Part shown: positions 1 to 12,982 of the stretch, one piece after another
How positions within the stretch are numbered: position 1 is the stretch's first letter
Layout of the letters: each line of letters opens with the position of its first letter
Origin: Negaprion brevirostris
Lineage: Eukaryota
Length of the DNA: 64,000 bases
Assembly (NCBI GenBank): GCA_030324005.1
Contig: JARDVH010000193.1
Span: 82,539,012 to 82,603,011 of the forward strand
Direction of reading: 5' to 3'
Notes under the pieces: generated by a model
The model's database searches: none
Told to the model about the DNA's origin: nothing
The model's input: only the letters and a program-made list of their open reading frames with translations
Position numbers and translations under genes: made by a program

Positions 1-258
1 GTTTGTGATCAATTTGCTTGGATCAGTAAATAGCACCAGCACTCGGTTTCAACTCCTGGAGAAAAACTATGTCAAATGGATACATGTGGAGCAATGAATT
101 TTAGACCTCATTAAGGGGGGGTTTGAGGCTGATTACTTTGTAATTCTGCCCTGCTGGGTCAGCGGAAATAAAATATATGGGAAAATTCAAAAACAGACAC
201 GAGTGATTATATCCTGGGCTAGTATTCCAGACACTTGGACTAATGATTTAGAGACACA

Positions 259-740
259 GGACCTGATTTTACCATTGTGATGCGCTCATTTTCAGGTGCA
301 AAACCTTAGAAAAGTAGAGCGATCCATGCTCACCTCCACGCCAGGTTCCCCTTTACTAAGGCCCAAAAATGGCCACAATCAGGACTGCTCCCAAAACGGG
401 CCCAATGCCATTTGGATACATTTGCATGCATTTAAATTGATTTGATGGGCTGCACGCCCAAACTTACCAACATTTTCCCTTTCACCACCTCATTCGCCCA
501 TCTAGAATCGGTGAGAATCAGACATGTTCCATATAAGTCTGATTCAGGCACTCCGTCAGCGAGGGTGAGTGATCTCTGTAGGCTTCTTTCCTTAATTGCC
601 ACGGATGGGTATTTTTCTCCTGCTCCTCATAACCACCATCTAAGGAGGAACCACTGAGATGGACCACAATCTTTGCCCATTCAGACTCCATTTTGAAACT
701 CCCAATTCTCTGACAGCCAACTCCTGCTCCTTCATGTTTG
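259..740. mobile_element. Non-autonomous PIF/Harbinger-type element (family A), left part
   Basis: Starts GGACCTGATTTTACCAT; about the first 300 bp align by eye with 8769-9078, 47094-47400 and 62573-62880. Confidence 0.6.
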
Positions 741-744
741 GAGC

Positions 745-880
745 TTACATAGAGTCATAGGGGTTTACAGCATGGAAACAAGTCCTTCGGCCCAATTTGT
801 CCATGCTGCCCTTTTTCTGAACCACTAAGCTAGTCCCAATTGCCCACGTTTGGCTCATATCCCTTTATACCCACCTTACC
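745..880 (-). mobile_element. CR1 LINE 3' tail fragment
   Basis: Reverse complement of the CR1 3' end seen at 22080-22238; also similar to 9080-9230 and 43230-43360. Confidence 0.8.
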
Positions 881-2022
881 CTGAACTACTTCGAGTCAGG
901 CGGATCCACGTCACACACAACTGCCACTGATTGAGCGGGAAGCAAAATGAAAATGACATTGGCTATTTAAAAAAATCTACTGATAGAGTCTGCACTTATT
1001 GCTGGCTTTCCAAATGCTATCCGAGTGCCCACTGTCTACCACGCTCCAATCCACAACACTGTAAACTTAAAACTGGGCTCAAGTTTGCTGGTTTAGTGTT
1101 GAAACTTTGCAATTCCAGTATTCTCTGTTTATTTTGTGTGCTGGCAGAAACTAGCGGTAACAATTTCTTCAGAGGTAATAAAGATGTTCCATAAATTCAA
1201 TTAATGGTCAATTTTCAACCTCCCCATTGTGTTGCATCATGTAAAATGTTAACTTAAGAATGCTAATAGCCAGTCATCCCATTCTACATTGCAGCACACT
1301 CAAGATTTAATCAGCCTATTTCACATCTTTCCTGACCTATATTGAACGACTTTTGCTGAATTAGGAATTGATCCATTTCCTTCAGAGTCATTATTCATTG
1401 GACCAATTAAAGTCAATGTGCACACTGAAGAAGTTATTTTTTTTTCTTCATTTGTGGCTTCTTCAGCCTATAATTACACGCTCTATTTTTATTATTCCTG
1501 TTATTCGTCAAAAGATTTCTTGGCATCCATCTTATCACTTCTCGTTTATTTCAATCGTTTGGGTACTATGACTTGAACCTTTTTTTTAGATGAAAGGAGT
1601 GCTCTATCTTCATTAGACTCAGTAAGTGTGGGGGGAGGGGCAGAGGGAGGGATGGTGTAACTATTTCACATGTCAGGACCAGAAATGCTTGAAGGTGCAC
1701 GGAAGTCCTGTTGGCTGGGAAACACTGGAGAAGAGGCCAGAGAACCAGATAAGTGTGAACACAACCAGCGGTAGGCCCAACCACAGAGTGAGGGAAGTCC
1801 ATTCTTGTGTTAGGGATTTGATCCAGGTGGAGTGTCTGATGCCAGAATGGGAATGTCAAACCCTGGTGCAGGGGTCTCATCCATGCCACTGGGTAAGGTT
1901 GGGAATATCTGATTCCTGGTTCGGAGGGCAGGTTTCAAGCCTGAAGACATGATAGATCCCATAGATGCCTAATCTCAGGGCGTCTGATCCCACAGGGAAA
2001 TCTGTCAAAAATCAGAGACTGA

Positions 2023-2148
2023 GGGCAGGATTTTGCATCTGTGCTCGCCCCAAGGCCGTAAAATCCCACCGCAGGTCAATGGACTTTTNNNNNNNNNNAA
2101 CCCCTCTCACTATGATTCTTGTGAAGGGCAGGAGGGGAAAATCCGCCC
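2023..2148. mobile_element. Short Harbinger-type MITE (family B)
   Basis: Termini GGGCAGGATTTT ... AAAATCCGCCC, 3-bp flanks tga/cga, internal motif shared with the other family B copies. Confidence 0.7.
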
Positions 2149-3039
2149 CGAGGGTGCAGAGGCTGGCAAAGGGAGGGGACAGTTGGTCAGAAATTGAAGG
2201 CACAAGGGATTGAAATCTGGGGGCAGATGAAGTTAGAGACTTCAAGGGAGAGGTTAGAGACCTTTGGAGGGGTCAGAGGTCTGACTGTGAGGGAGATCAG
2301 ATGTCCTTCCTTAGAGATTGAAAGATTCGGGGAAGAAGTTAAAGGCCTTGATGGGAGATCAGAAAGAGATTGAAAGGGTGGGCAGAGGTTCCTGATTAGG
2401 CAGTTGACAAGGCAAGAACATTATTTCCAACATACAAATCCTCCTGGATTCAAAAGTCTTTGTCTTCCTTTTGGTGGCTGGTTTACTGTGGCTCTGGAAA
2501 TCCAGCCGGCCAGTTAAGTTTGAAATGATACTTAAATGTCAGGCACACCACTTCATCATAATGATTAAATTGTCAATCTGCCTTGTGGGTGTGGGTTGGT
2601 CACCTTCCTCTCCACGCATTCCTCCTCACGCAGTTGTATAGAGCACTTTTCCAAATCATAAACAATGCCCATAACCAAAAGGTTCACATGCACAGGGTGG
2701 ATCTGTTAAGTTCCATTGTTTGTGAAGGGGACAGCTTCTCAAGAGCTTTTTGGAACTGTTCCAGTCAACATTGTACCAGCCCACAAGAATCTAAACAAGC
2801 AAGCATACGAATTGGCAAAAACTCTTTTAAAAAGGACAAGTCAAGCAATCGACCCTTATATAACAATTTTTTGAACCAGGAATTAATGGTTAGGAAGACC
2901 ATTACTGACCTGTCAGAGCATGCCTTCAATTTGATCCTTAACTGATAAGATATTGATAGCTCCACTAGAGTTTCCAGCTGCCTACCTTCATTAAAACTGT
3001 GTGGATTGCAGGTCGACTGGGTCAGAATTTAGATTTTTA

Positions 3040-3945
3040 AGTTAGTACATGTCTTTGACACAAAGCTGGGTGGGAGGGTGCAGAGAACCTTCAGCGTGAT
3101 TTGGACAAGTTGAATGAGTGGGCAAATGAACAGCAGATGCAGTACCGTTTGGACAAATGTGAGGTTATCCATTTTGGTAACAGAAATGGGAAGGCAGATT
3201 ACATCTGAATTGCCATAAATGAGGAGAAGGGAATGTGCAACGAGACGTGGCTGTATTCGTACAGCAGTCATTGAAAGCAAGCATGCAAATGCAGCAGGTG
3301 GTCAAAAAAGCAAATGGTATGTTGGTCATCATAGCGAGAGGATTCAAGTACAGGAGCAAGGATGTCTTGAAGAAATTATACAGGGCCTTAGAGAGGGAAT
3401 ATTGTGTGCACTTTTGAACACTTTATCTGAGGAAGGATATTCTTGCTCTAGAGGAAGTGCAGAACGTTTACCAGGCTGATTCCTGGGATGGTCGGTCTGA
3501 CGTAAGAGGAGAGATTGAGTCGGTTAGAATTGTACTCACTGGAATTCAGAAGAATGAGGGCAGATCGCATAGAAAGTTTTAAAATTCTAACAGGACTAGA
3601 CAGGGTAGATGCAAGAAGGACATTCCCGGTCATGGGTGTGTTCGGAACCAGGGATCACAATCTGAGGATACAGATAGACCATTTAAGTCAGAGATGAGGA
3701 GAGATTTCTTCACCGAGAGAATGGTCAGTCTGTGGACTTCACTACCACAGCAAGTGGTTGAGGCCAAAACATTGTAAAGTTTTCAGGAAGCAGTTAGATA
3801 TGGCATTTGCGGTGAAGCAGATCAAAGGATATGAGGGGAAGGTGGGATCAGGCTATTGGTTAGGATGATCAGCCATGATCATAATGAATAGTGTAGCAGA
3901 TTTGAAGGGCTGAATGGCCTCGTCCTGCTGTTATTTTCTATGTTT
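3040..3945 (+). mobile_element. CR1 LINE, decayed RT C-terminus and 3' UTR
   Basis: Frameshifted peptides DTKLGG..., QVVKKANGML..IARGFKYRSKDVL, RLELYSLEFRRMRADRIESFKILTGLDRVD, typical of CR1 ORF2; tail GGCTGAATGGCCT...CTATG. Confidence 0.9.
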
Positions 3946-4269
3946 GGATCTTTGTAATGTCAGATAAGGCAGAACTGGTTAAAAAGTGGTTGAGAAATAG
4001 AATTTAAATTGTGATACTTCATTTTAAAAATGGGAGGAGGTGTCAAGCAGATTTAATATTTGGATAAGATAAAGATTAAAGAAGTTTGGAAAAAGAATTG
4101 CATGAAAAGGAATTAGTTCTAGAGTGCCCAGATGGTTTTTGATATGTGCTTTCGTTTACAGTAGGGTAAACAGATATTTACTTCAGTGAATTGGAGAATA
4201 ACAGAGTATAGAATTGAAAGTGTTAAAACTACAGAAGATTTGAGTTCAAAGTGGTGACATAACAATGTA

Positions 4270-5450
4270 TGTCACACTTACATACTAAGAGCATAATTTC
4301 TAAGGCAGGTTGCTTCGCAGTTGAAGAGATCCTTGTACTTCATCATTTCTAGGGCCTGGGGTTGCAGAGCATGTTTACTTCCAGACCAAGTGTGATAATG
4401 CTCCGATGACATAGCAGTGGCCTTACATTCTTGTTGACTATGCAAAACTTGAAACTGCCCCTTGTGCAATGAAAAGTTCCCCTACTCTCTGTGTGGATGC
4501 TTTGTCTGCCATAGGCCCACAAGGTCCACCTGGGTATTTGGGATTGGTGTTGCAAATGGGTCTAGTTGTCACAGCACTCAACTGAGTAATATATTGCACT
4601 TTGCTCCAGTGTCACTTCTTGCCTCCAAAAAGTGTTGTTACAACCATGTTCAGGGAGGAGAAGATCTCACCCTTTTCAGTGATGGTGTCGACACTCTCAC
4701 AGTAGAGAGCTGTTGGAGGCGGAGTTCCAGTTCATTCACCTTGCTGGTGCTTCTAACTTGGAGGATTAATTGGCTGCAGTGTAGCTCTTGTCAGAAGTAA
4801 GCTGCTGCGATTTCATTCTGCAACATTTTTTGAAGTAACTCCACTTTCCACATTTGTTGCAGCATTTACCACGCGCCAAAAATGCTAATTCTATTCTGGA
4901 AGTGATGTCCAATAAAGTTGAGGCAAGGCATGACTGCAAAAACTTTACTTTCCCACCTAAGCTCCTTGCTGCTTTTCCAGACTGTTTAGTGTGCAAACGC
5001 TAATGGATGTAAGTTTAAGTCATTCTTTCACAGCAGCTGTTTGTGGACTAGGTTTTTGTAGACCCCTATTTGATCCCTGACTAACTCAGCAGTAAGAATG
5101 TTTAAGAATGTTAAATGTACATTTCTTCGCTAAGATTTCCAAAGTTGCCATGTATCATTGTATCAATTTGTTAGGTCTGTGATTTTTAGTGTTAAACGTA
5201 TGCCTGTCTGGCAGGCAAATGTTCTCAAACTTTTTTACAATTATTTTGGGGTCCTATTTCTCCTCCTCCATTTGAAACACAAAGGACCTGACTTTCTCAA
5301 TGGCCTTTTGGCCCACCAGATTTATTGAGGTATAAGCTTGGAACTTTTTAGATTTGTCCAACAATTCAACATCAGAATATATACACCACCCCTTTTCAAA
5401 CCTGAGCCAGTTTTTCATTATATTCTCATTGAATACGAGCAGGTTGATGC
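4270..5450 (-). pseudogene. Decayed Ty3/Gypsy gag-protease region
   Basis: Minus-strand peptides in the correct order: gag N-terminus NWLRFEKGWCIY..KSKKFQAYTSINLVGQKAIEKVRSFVF; ELVRDQI; zinc-knuckle relic CNKCGKWSYFKKCC; aspartic protease motif SDTGAKCNIL (~4595-4616); LWAYG..FCIVNKNVRPLL. Stops and frameshifts present. Confidence 0.8.
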
Positions 5451-5473
5451 AGCAAAGTTGTTGTGCTGTACTG

Positions 5474-5489
5474 CCAACTCCTGACACTA
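5474..5489 (-). other. Primer-binding site complementary to the tRNA-Leu(CAG) 3' end
   Basis: Minus strand TAGTGTCAGGAGTTGG vs expected TGGTGTCAGGAGTGGG (14/16), just upstream of gag. Confidence 0.65.
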
Positions 5490-5691
5490 TATACAAGTGT
5501 TGAACTCCCAGAGACTGGCAACCAAGGAATTGTAACAAACAATAATTTATTCACTAGCTGAGGAGACACTTCATGCTTATGCTTTGCTTGTGCTCTGGAG
5601 AGATCTGCTATGCTTCCGTCACATGACCTCTTAAGCAACATCGTCATCATATGACCACTCAGTCTATATTAATAATGATTAAAATAATACA
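5490..5691 (-). mobile_element. Putative 5' LTR of the Gypsy relic
   Basis: Lies directly 5' of the PBS; minus strand begins TGTATT at 5691 and contains AATAAA (~5546-5551); no second LTR seen. Confidence 0.45.
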
Positions 5692-6259
5692 AAACTTCAC
5701 TGATGCCAGATGAAGAACAGTGAAGCATTTTCTCTGTTCACAGTGAAGCATTGGATTTATATATTTGCCAACATGTCACAGGGAATTAATGAGTTTCAAG
5801 ACCTACTAGCTGCTAAATGTGGCGTTTATTTCATCGTAACACATTTTCCTAAAACCAACTGCACAGCTCATTACAAACCAATTTCTTCATGGGGTCCTTG
5901 AACCGGTATTAAGACCTTAATTTACAAACATAAAAAATATTTAAAACAACCTCAAAAGTTTAGCAATGTGCTAATCCATGACTACAGTAATTTCCACTCA
6001 ACGTACAGCTGCATTTCTGAGAATTGCAACTTTATATTAATCAAAGTTAAATGAATCAAATAATCCCATGATAACCAATGTAAAAGCTTTAGTTGAGATT
6101 TTTAGACTGTTCATCATCAGAAAAGAACTTTAAAACAGATACTTTGTACATCCCTAAATTCCTATATTTGTATATGAAACAACTTTTAAAAGTAAATAAA
6201 TTTAAAAGTATAAAAAGAAATATGCTGACACATTCTATTTACTTCCTGGTCACCGTCTT

Positions 6260-6450
6260 CCACTCCCCAACCTTTCCACTTGCTGACCCCCCCCAAGTTG
6301 CCAACCCCTCCCACTCCCCAACCCTCCCAGTCCCTGAGCCTCCCATATCCTGAGCCTCCAACTCACCGCCTCTCCTGCTCCCTTAACCTCCCACTCCCTG
6401 ACCCTCCCACACTCTGACCCTCTAGCTCACCGCCTCTCCTGCTCCCTGAT
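6260..6450. repeat. Degenerate C-rich tandem repeat
   Basis: Recurrent CCACTCCCTGACCCTC-like units; CTCACCGCCTCTCCTGCTCCCT occurs twice. Confidence 0.75.
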
Positions 6451-6677
6451 AAGATGTAGTTAAGTAAAAATGCATCCACACTGGAACCAAATAATGTTTA
6501 TGATAGTGTCTCTTGCAATTGATTTTCCTCGGTTTTTAAAATTGATTTTCTAAATCTGCTTTTGCTGCAATATTATTTCGAAACTTTCTATGTGTTATTT
6601 ACAAAAATATACATATAATATTTTAATCCCTGGAAGTACAAATATCTCTTTAGAAAAGAAATGAATTTTCCAGCAAC

Positions 6678-7333
6678 TGTTGGGAAAATTCACAAAACAA
6701 GTTTTCACATCTGAGATATTTACTGAAACAAACAAACTAAAAGCAACATTAACTGAACATTACTTAATAGGCAACAAATATGCCAAACTACAGAAAAAGT
6801 ATTTCCCTTATTAACTAAGCAACACAATTGATATATTCTTCATGATCTGTTTCTACTTCACATTGTACTGCTTGCAGACATGTCCTTCTACATGAACTCT
6901 CCTTGACTTTCCCGCAGGCTTCCTTCAGCCTTCCATGCCAGGGTGAACCTTCTGGCATCTTTCAATCATCAATCCACCCAGTCTTCTGAATGAGCCCAAA
7001 TTGACTTCTAGCGACAAGGCCCACTCCAGCAACTCCTTGGTCCTGAAATCTCCAGTTCCATCCCCCTTAGAGCACCATCACTGTCCTGGGTAGCTAACAC
7101 AAAATAATTTTTTATCTGCTTTTCACAGCAGCAATTCTTTCTGTCTCCCTCTGTATGTTTTTAAGTCTGTGTGTCTCTGTATCCAGGGAACCAGCTGCAT
7201 CTCTTTTGTTTCAAGGTCTGAAAACTATCACTTGATTTTATAGGTTTCAGTTACAAATCTCACGGGCCTGTCTTCAAATAGCTTTTAGAATCATCACCAT
7301 CTCCATGTTCAGGACATGCTATTTCACCTAACA
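6678..7333. mobile_element. Possible solo LTR
   Basis: TGTTGGG ... CCTAACA inverted TG..CA termini and LTR-like composition; flanking TSD does not match. Confidence 0.3.
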
Positions 7334-8768
7334 TTTTTAAAGGGGGCTGTTTAAAACATGACCATCTGATTAAGTCCCACATTCTCAACAGTAAGAAAAT
7401 TTCATATAGCTGATTCTGCTTGTCATTTCTTGCAAGTAAATCAATGGTGTAAAATCTGATATTGTTGCACTATTCTTTGACTTTAGCTGGTTGTTTAACT
7501 ACCAATGTCACAGTCGGATGTCCTAGGTGATGTCTACATGAAATGGCCACTATCATTTTAGCTAGGTGCTCCTGGTGGCTTGGTTGAAATAAGCATTGAG
7601 CTGATTACAATATGATTTTCAGGCTTCTATTTGGCCCCTTTTGAGAAATCAATGCCTGGGAACATTTGATTCAATCATTCTTAAGCTCACAGGTTGAATC
7701 ATGCAGGAGATACTCCAGAATCTGAATATAGCACTGAAATTCAAAGGGATCCAAAACTCCATTCAGGTAAATCTCTGAATAGGAGTTTTGGACTGCTGGA
7801 GATACTTGGAGCCTTGCGTTGCCTGTTTTTGCTGAGTTTTTACAGTTATCTGCAGTACAGTATTGCTGAAAAGTTAACCCATGGCTGCAGATGAATAGTT
7901 TTATTTCACTAGCACACCTTGGCATTCAGAAATATGGTATGCTGTAGGCATTGTAATCAAGTCTGCCACATCAGAGAGAACGGCAGCAGCAGAAAGCATA
8001 GCAGTGCTGGCCTATGAATGATCAAAGAAAGTGGCAAAGAAATGAAGAACGCAAAAGATCTGTGTCTTTCAGGAATAAAATACCTAAACATGAAAAATGT
8101 CTTGAAAGTGTACTACAGCTTGCCCAACTGCCTACAGGCAAATTGCAGTCTTTAAACCAGACTTGTATTTTTCTTAGAAATGGGCAAAGATACTGACCAA
8201 AACATGGCTGATTTTGCAAAGTGACCACCTGCTGGAAAATCATATGCGGATTATATTGACTGGGAGGACAAGGAGTATTGTACCTGAAGACGTGTGAAGG
8301 CCCATCCACTTCAAACAGAGATATTTGAAAGCTAGGTATGGGAAATGCACAATTCTCCTGGGTTTGTGAGGATAATGGAGACTATTTCATACATCTCATC
8401 AGATATCTAAAAAAAACCTCTTGATTTATCTCTCAGAATGTATAAAATGTCCTGAGATGAATGCAAAACATGACCATTTCCCAGTGTGGGACCACACAGG
8501 GAAAGTGGGTTAAAAATAGTCTGATGACGAACAGAACAAAGAAGAAGAAGGATCTCCATCTCTCTCCCTCTCTCTTGCTGGAGGCAAGTTGCCTAGTAGG
8601 CACAAGCAGAAAGAAACAGGGGTAGCTTCTTCAGTTAACCCTGCAGCGAAAACCAGGTCATCTGTCCCTCTGGGGATAAACCGAAAAGTGTTACTAATAA
8701 ACAACAAGGACACCTCCAAAGTCTACCAGAATCATTCAACTTAACGGTCACAACATGCCAGCATCCAT

Positions 8769-10481
8769 AGGCCCAATTCTACTATCACGTGCCCATTTTC
8801 GGACACGAAAACTTGGTAAAATCAGGTGTGAGGCGAGTAGCGCGATCCGCGCCCAACTCCGTGCCAGTTGCTCTTTTGCCAAGGCCCAAAAATGCCGCAA
8901 TCAGTACCAAGCCTGAAACGGGCATGACAGCCATTTAAATGCTTTTGCACACATTTAAATTGACTTACTAGGCTACACACCCAACTTTACTGGCACTTCC
9001 CCCTTTACCATCCCGTTTGCCCATCCAGAATCAAAGCAAAACAGACATGCTCCATAGAAATCCGATTCTGGAACTGTAATTAGAATCATAGAGATTTACA
9101 GCATGGAACCAGACCCTTTGGCCCAACTTGTACATGCCGCCTTTCTTTTTAAACCTCTAATTTAATCCCAATTGCCTGCACTTGGCCCATATCCCTCTAT
9201 ACCTATCTTACCCATGTAACTGTCTAAATGCTTTTTAAAAGACAAAATTGTACCCACCTACACTATTACCTCTGGCAGCTCATTCCAGACACTCACCATC
9301 CTCTTGTGTGAAAGAATTGCCCCTCTAGACACTTCTGTATCTCTCCCCTCTCACCTTATGCTCTCTAGTTTTAGACTCCCCTCCCTTTGGGAAAAGATAT
9401 TGACTATCTAGCTGATCTATACCCCTCATTATTTTATAGATTCTATACAATCACTCCTCAGCCTCCTACGCTCCAGAGAAAAAAAGTCCCAATCTATCCA
9501 GCCTCTCCTTATACCTCAAACCATTAAGTCCTGGTAGAATCCTAGTAAACCTTTTCTGCACTCTTTTTAGTTTAATAATATCCTTTCTATAATAGGGTGA
9601 CCAGAATTTCACACAGTATTCCAAGTATGGCCTTACCAATGTCTTGTTCAACTTCAACAAGACGTCCCAACTCCTGTATTCAATGTTCTGTCCGATGAAA
9701 CCAAGCATGCCGAATACCTTCTTCACCACCCTGTCCACCTGTGACTCCGCTTTCAAGGGGTTATGAACATGTACCCCTAGATCTCTTTGTTCCGTAACTC
9801 TTGCATTTGTCTAAATTAAACTCCATCTGCCATTCGTCAGCCCACTGGCCCAATTGATCAAGATCCCATTGNNNNNNNNNNNNNNNNNNNNNNNNNNNNN
9901 NNNNNNNNNNNNNNNNNNNNNNNNNNNNNNNNNNNNNNNNNNNNNNNNNNNNNNNNNNNNNNNNNNNNNNNNNNNNNNNNNNNNNNNNNNNNNNNNNNNN
10001 NNNNNNNNNNNNNNNNNNNNNNNNNNNNNNNNNNNNNNNNNNNNNNNNNNNNNNNNNNNNNNNNNNNNNNNNNNNNNNNNNNNNNNNNNNNNNNNNNNNN
10101 NNNNNNNNNNNNNNNNNNNNNNNNNNNNNNNNNNNNNNNNNNNAGATTGGAGGATAAGGGGGTCAGTAATGTTATGGGGGTGGAGCAATGTCTGTGGGGG
10201 CCAGGAGGAAGCATTGTCTGGACAGGGTGGATGTGGCAGAGGAGTAGCATTCTATCAATTTTTTCCTGTGTGTGCGCAGTTGGAGACACTGATCAGAGCT
10301 GTAGAGTTTCAAGCACATTAAGCCCCACCCACAGGCTTGTGCCACACAGTTTTGACTTGCTGATAATTTTTCAGGCAGAGTGCATATGGGGTGCCTGAGA
10401 ACGGATCTAAAAGTCTGATCTGAAACACACCCTGTTTCAAGTCCTCTCAGCACTTAGAATCAGAATGGTAAAAGAGGGCCT
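8769..10481. mobile_element. Harbinger-type family A element, interrupted by CR1 and an assembly gap
   Basis: TIR pair AGGCCCAATTCTACTAT / ATGGTAAAAGAGGGCCT; both halves similar to 47094-47877. Confidence 0.75.
9080..9871 (-). mobile_element. CR1 LINE 3' portion (relatively young)
   Basis: ORF 9466-9756 (VDRVVKKVFGMLGFIGQNIEYRSWDVLLKLNKTLVRPYLEYCVKFWSPYYRKDI) is CR1 ORF2 C-terminal; tail at 9080. Confidence 0.93.
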
Positions 10482-10560
10482 TATGTCTCACAAAAAAGTC
10501 ATGGACTGACTTGCATGTTCTTTTAAAACTTTTATTTGGACTCATATTTTCTCATTTCTG

Positions 10561-10675
10561 ATGTGTGTGGCTGTGTGTGTGTGTCTGTTTGCCTGTATGT
10601 GTTTGAGCATACATGTGTGTTTGTGTGCATGTGTGTGTGTGTATGTGCATGTGTGTGTGTGTGTGTGTATGTGTG
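10561..10675. repeat. Imperfect (TG)n microsatellite
   Basis: Direct reading. Confidence 0.95.
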
Positions 10676-11559
10676 TTACATCTTTATTAATTTTTCCTCT
10701 GGTTTTAGTAACTAATAAACTTGCTCTTTCTTTGACTCAAGATAACCTGGTTAAATAGGATCCTTACAAAAAGTAAGAACATTTGGATTAGGGAAAATGA
10801 TCCAAAGGATTTGAAACAAACCTATACTGTGACCAATTGAGAAAGTTGGGAAGAAAGGGAAACCAGCTTATTCCTCCTCACCCAAACATAATACAAATAA
10901 AAGTAGACAAGGAGGGCATTTTCCATCCCCATTTTCTGTGCCCAATTTCCATGCCCTCTCCCTCCAACAACCCAGACAGCGTGACTTCACAGTCATGAGG
11001 CTTACGATAGGTTTCAAAATGCATGTTGCGAGTGAACGGAACCCAGGTAGTGTTGGGGACAGTGCTGGAGGGTCCATGTGGGATGTGCCGGGGCTCCTTT
11101 GGGGATTTATGGGGTCTGTGTCCATGGTGGAACAGGGTGGAGTGGGGAAGGGGGGGTGGTTTTGATGGTGAGGAAGGGAGAATTCCATAGGAAATTCCAT
11201 GGAGTGGATTCCATGATGGTGGGAGGGCAGCATCTCCAGGGGTCCACTTTCAGAATGAGGCAGGATAATGCAGAGCTATGTGCAACTTTAGATTGTAGCT
11301 ATGACCCACGGATGTTCTGCGGGTTCTTAACCCCACTGTCTTCCACCCAGAGCAACAGATACCAGGCTGTCCTGTGCATGAGTGTTCCATGGCTGTCTGA
11401 GTGCAGAACTATTGAGCCTATCTTGTAAACAGCATATGGTGTTATTCTGAACTGTTGTCATTAAATCAAAGTCAAGTAATGCTGTGTTTTCAGGAGTTCA
11501 ACTATCTCCTAGTGCCTCGGACTCACATTTGCTTCACCTTAATTAAAGGGTAAACAGAG

Positions 11560-12420
11560 ACAGTTGATGCTGTGCATGGTGTATAAAGGAGAGATTTCAC
11601 TGTGAAGAGAAAGAGCATAAGATTGTCAAGGAGACTGCAGCCTTGCCATTCATCACACCCCAAAATGAACCATCCCTTGATGCTTACAATGTCCTCCTCA
11701 ATTGGGGTAAATATGCTAATACAAATTCCCTCTCCTAATCTCTTATTGCTTACAAATCTGTCCTTCAAGCAAGCAGGCAAAATATTTCTGCATTGAGGAT
11801 GTGCACAGTAAGGTAAGAAAGTGGTGGCAGTTTGTGAAAACAGGAAGGAGAAAGAGGAAGCAAGGAATATCATAGCAATAAGGGAAATAGCACTGCGGCA
11901 TTAGGAGCAGTAGGAAGTAGAATGAAGTATGCTACAGTGATTGGATGAAATTGTTCATAAACAGGGGAATGTAGTATTGTGAATGCTAGAGCTACCAGCA
12001 GTGTGGAACTAAGCAGAAAGAACTACGAGATTTGAGTTGACAGTCGTACCATTGCAACTCTGGGTCAGATCATTAAACTTATTTGTGTATTGCAACTACT
12101 CCTGCAAGCACTGCTCACTGCTGTGAAGCAGTCAGTTGGTGAGAATTTGCTCGTTACAGGGGAATGAAGTGTTGTGAGCAGCGCAGAGCTAAGCAGAAAG
12201 AAATGAAGCTTGGTCAGGTCTTTAATTTCTGGTATTGGACCCATTGCTGCTAGCACTGCTCACTGCTATGAAGCATTTTGTCTGAAAACCTCCCTGTTAC
12301 ATGGTGAAAAGCAGAAGTGCCTCCTTCTGTAAACTTGCTTTGTCAATAACTCCAATACGGTGTCTGAGAACCAGACAATGCTTGCAGCCAATGTTTTACT
12401 TACAATCATGAAAATATTTC
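11560..12420 (-). pseudogene. Harbinger Myb/SANT-like DNA-binding gene relic (copy 1)
   Basis: Exon 1-like WFSDTVLELLTKQVYRRRHFCF...WVQYQK/IKDLTK; exon 2-like DRFVSNKRLGEG..IFTPIEEDIVSIKG; matches the pattern APRFSD-ALE-L--EV--RR--LF...W-QCRKKFNDL. Confidence 0.6.
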
Positions 12421-12982
12421 TCTGAAAATTGTCCGCAACCCAAGTGCAGAGGCAATTTACAAAGTGTGGCATGCCTTTAAGTGTTATCAGGAATGTCAGG
12501 ATATTCATATCCTCCATTAGGTAAACTACCAATGATTGGTATGAGTCATGTTAGAATTATGCCAACTGAGTTATAATGAAAGCTGCTGACTAATTTTGCT
12601 TCTCATTGTGGTCATTTGCAGTGCTGATTCTGACCCTAAACAAATTTATACCCCAATATTTTTCTACATTGCACATATGTCCCATTTCAAAAAGTTACCT
12701 TCTGTTAAAAAAAAGACACTATTTTTGATGAAAGTAGTGTAAAAGAACCAGACTTCGCACAGGAAATAGCTGACCTCAATTATGCCATTTATCTGACGAG
12801 ATGGTATGGGAATCTATGTGTTTAACAGACGATGTCAGCACATTCTGGCTGATGTTGGAACATGGAATCAAGTTAGAGGAAGCTGTCAATATTGGAAGGC
12901 ATACTAGTTCTTCTTCTTTATCCAATCAACTTTTATGATGACAAATAGATTGCAGGCAAGAAATGGATTAACATTTGTTGGT

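Larger units (their letters stand above)
8150..10895 (+). mobile_element. Probable solo LTR split by a family A MITE (itself split by CR1)
   Basis: LTR-like sequence at 8150-8768 appears to resume at 10482, with a (TG)n tract, AATAAAC and a ..ACA end; left boundary uncertain. Confidence 0.35.

Noticed and set aside
8510-8740. Open frame SDDEQNKEEEGSPSL... as a host exon
   Set aside because: No convincing splice sites or recognisable homology; it lies in LTR-like sequence
10561-10758. ORF MCVAVCVC...
   Set aside because: Translation of the (TG)n microsatellite
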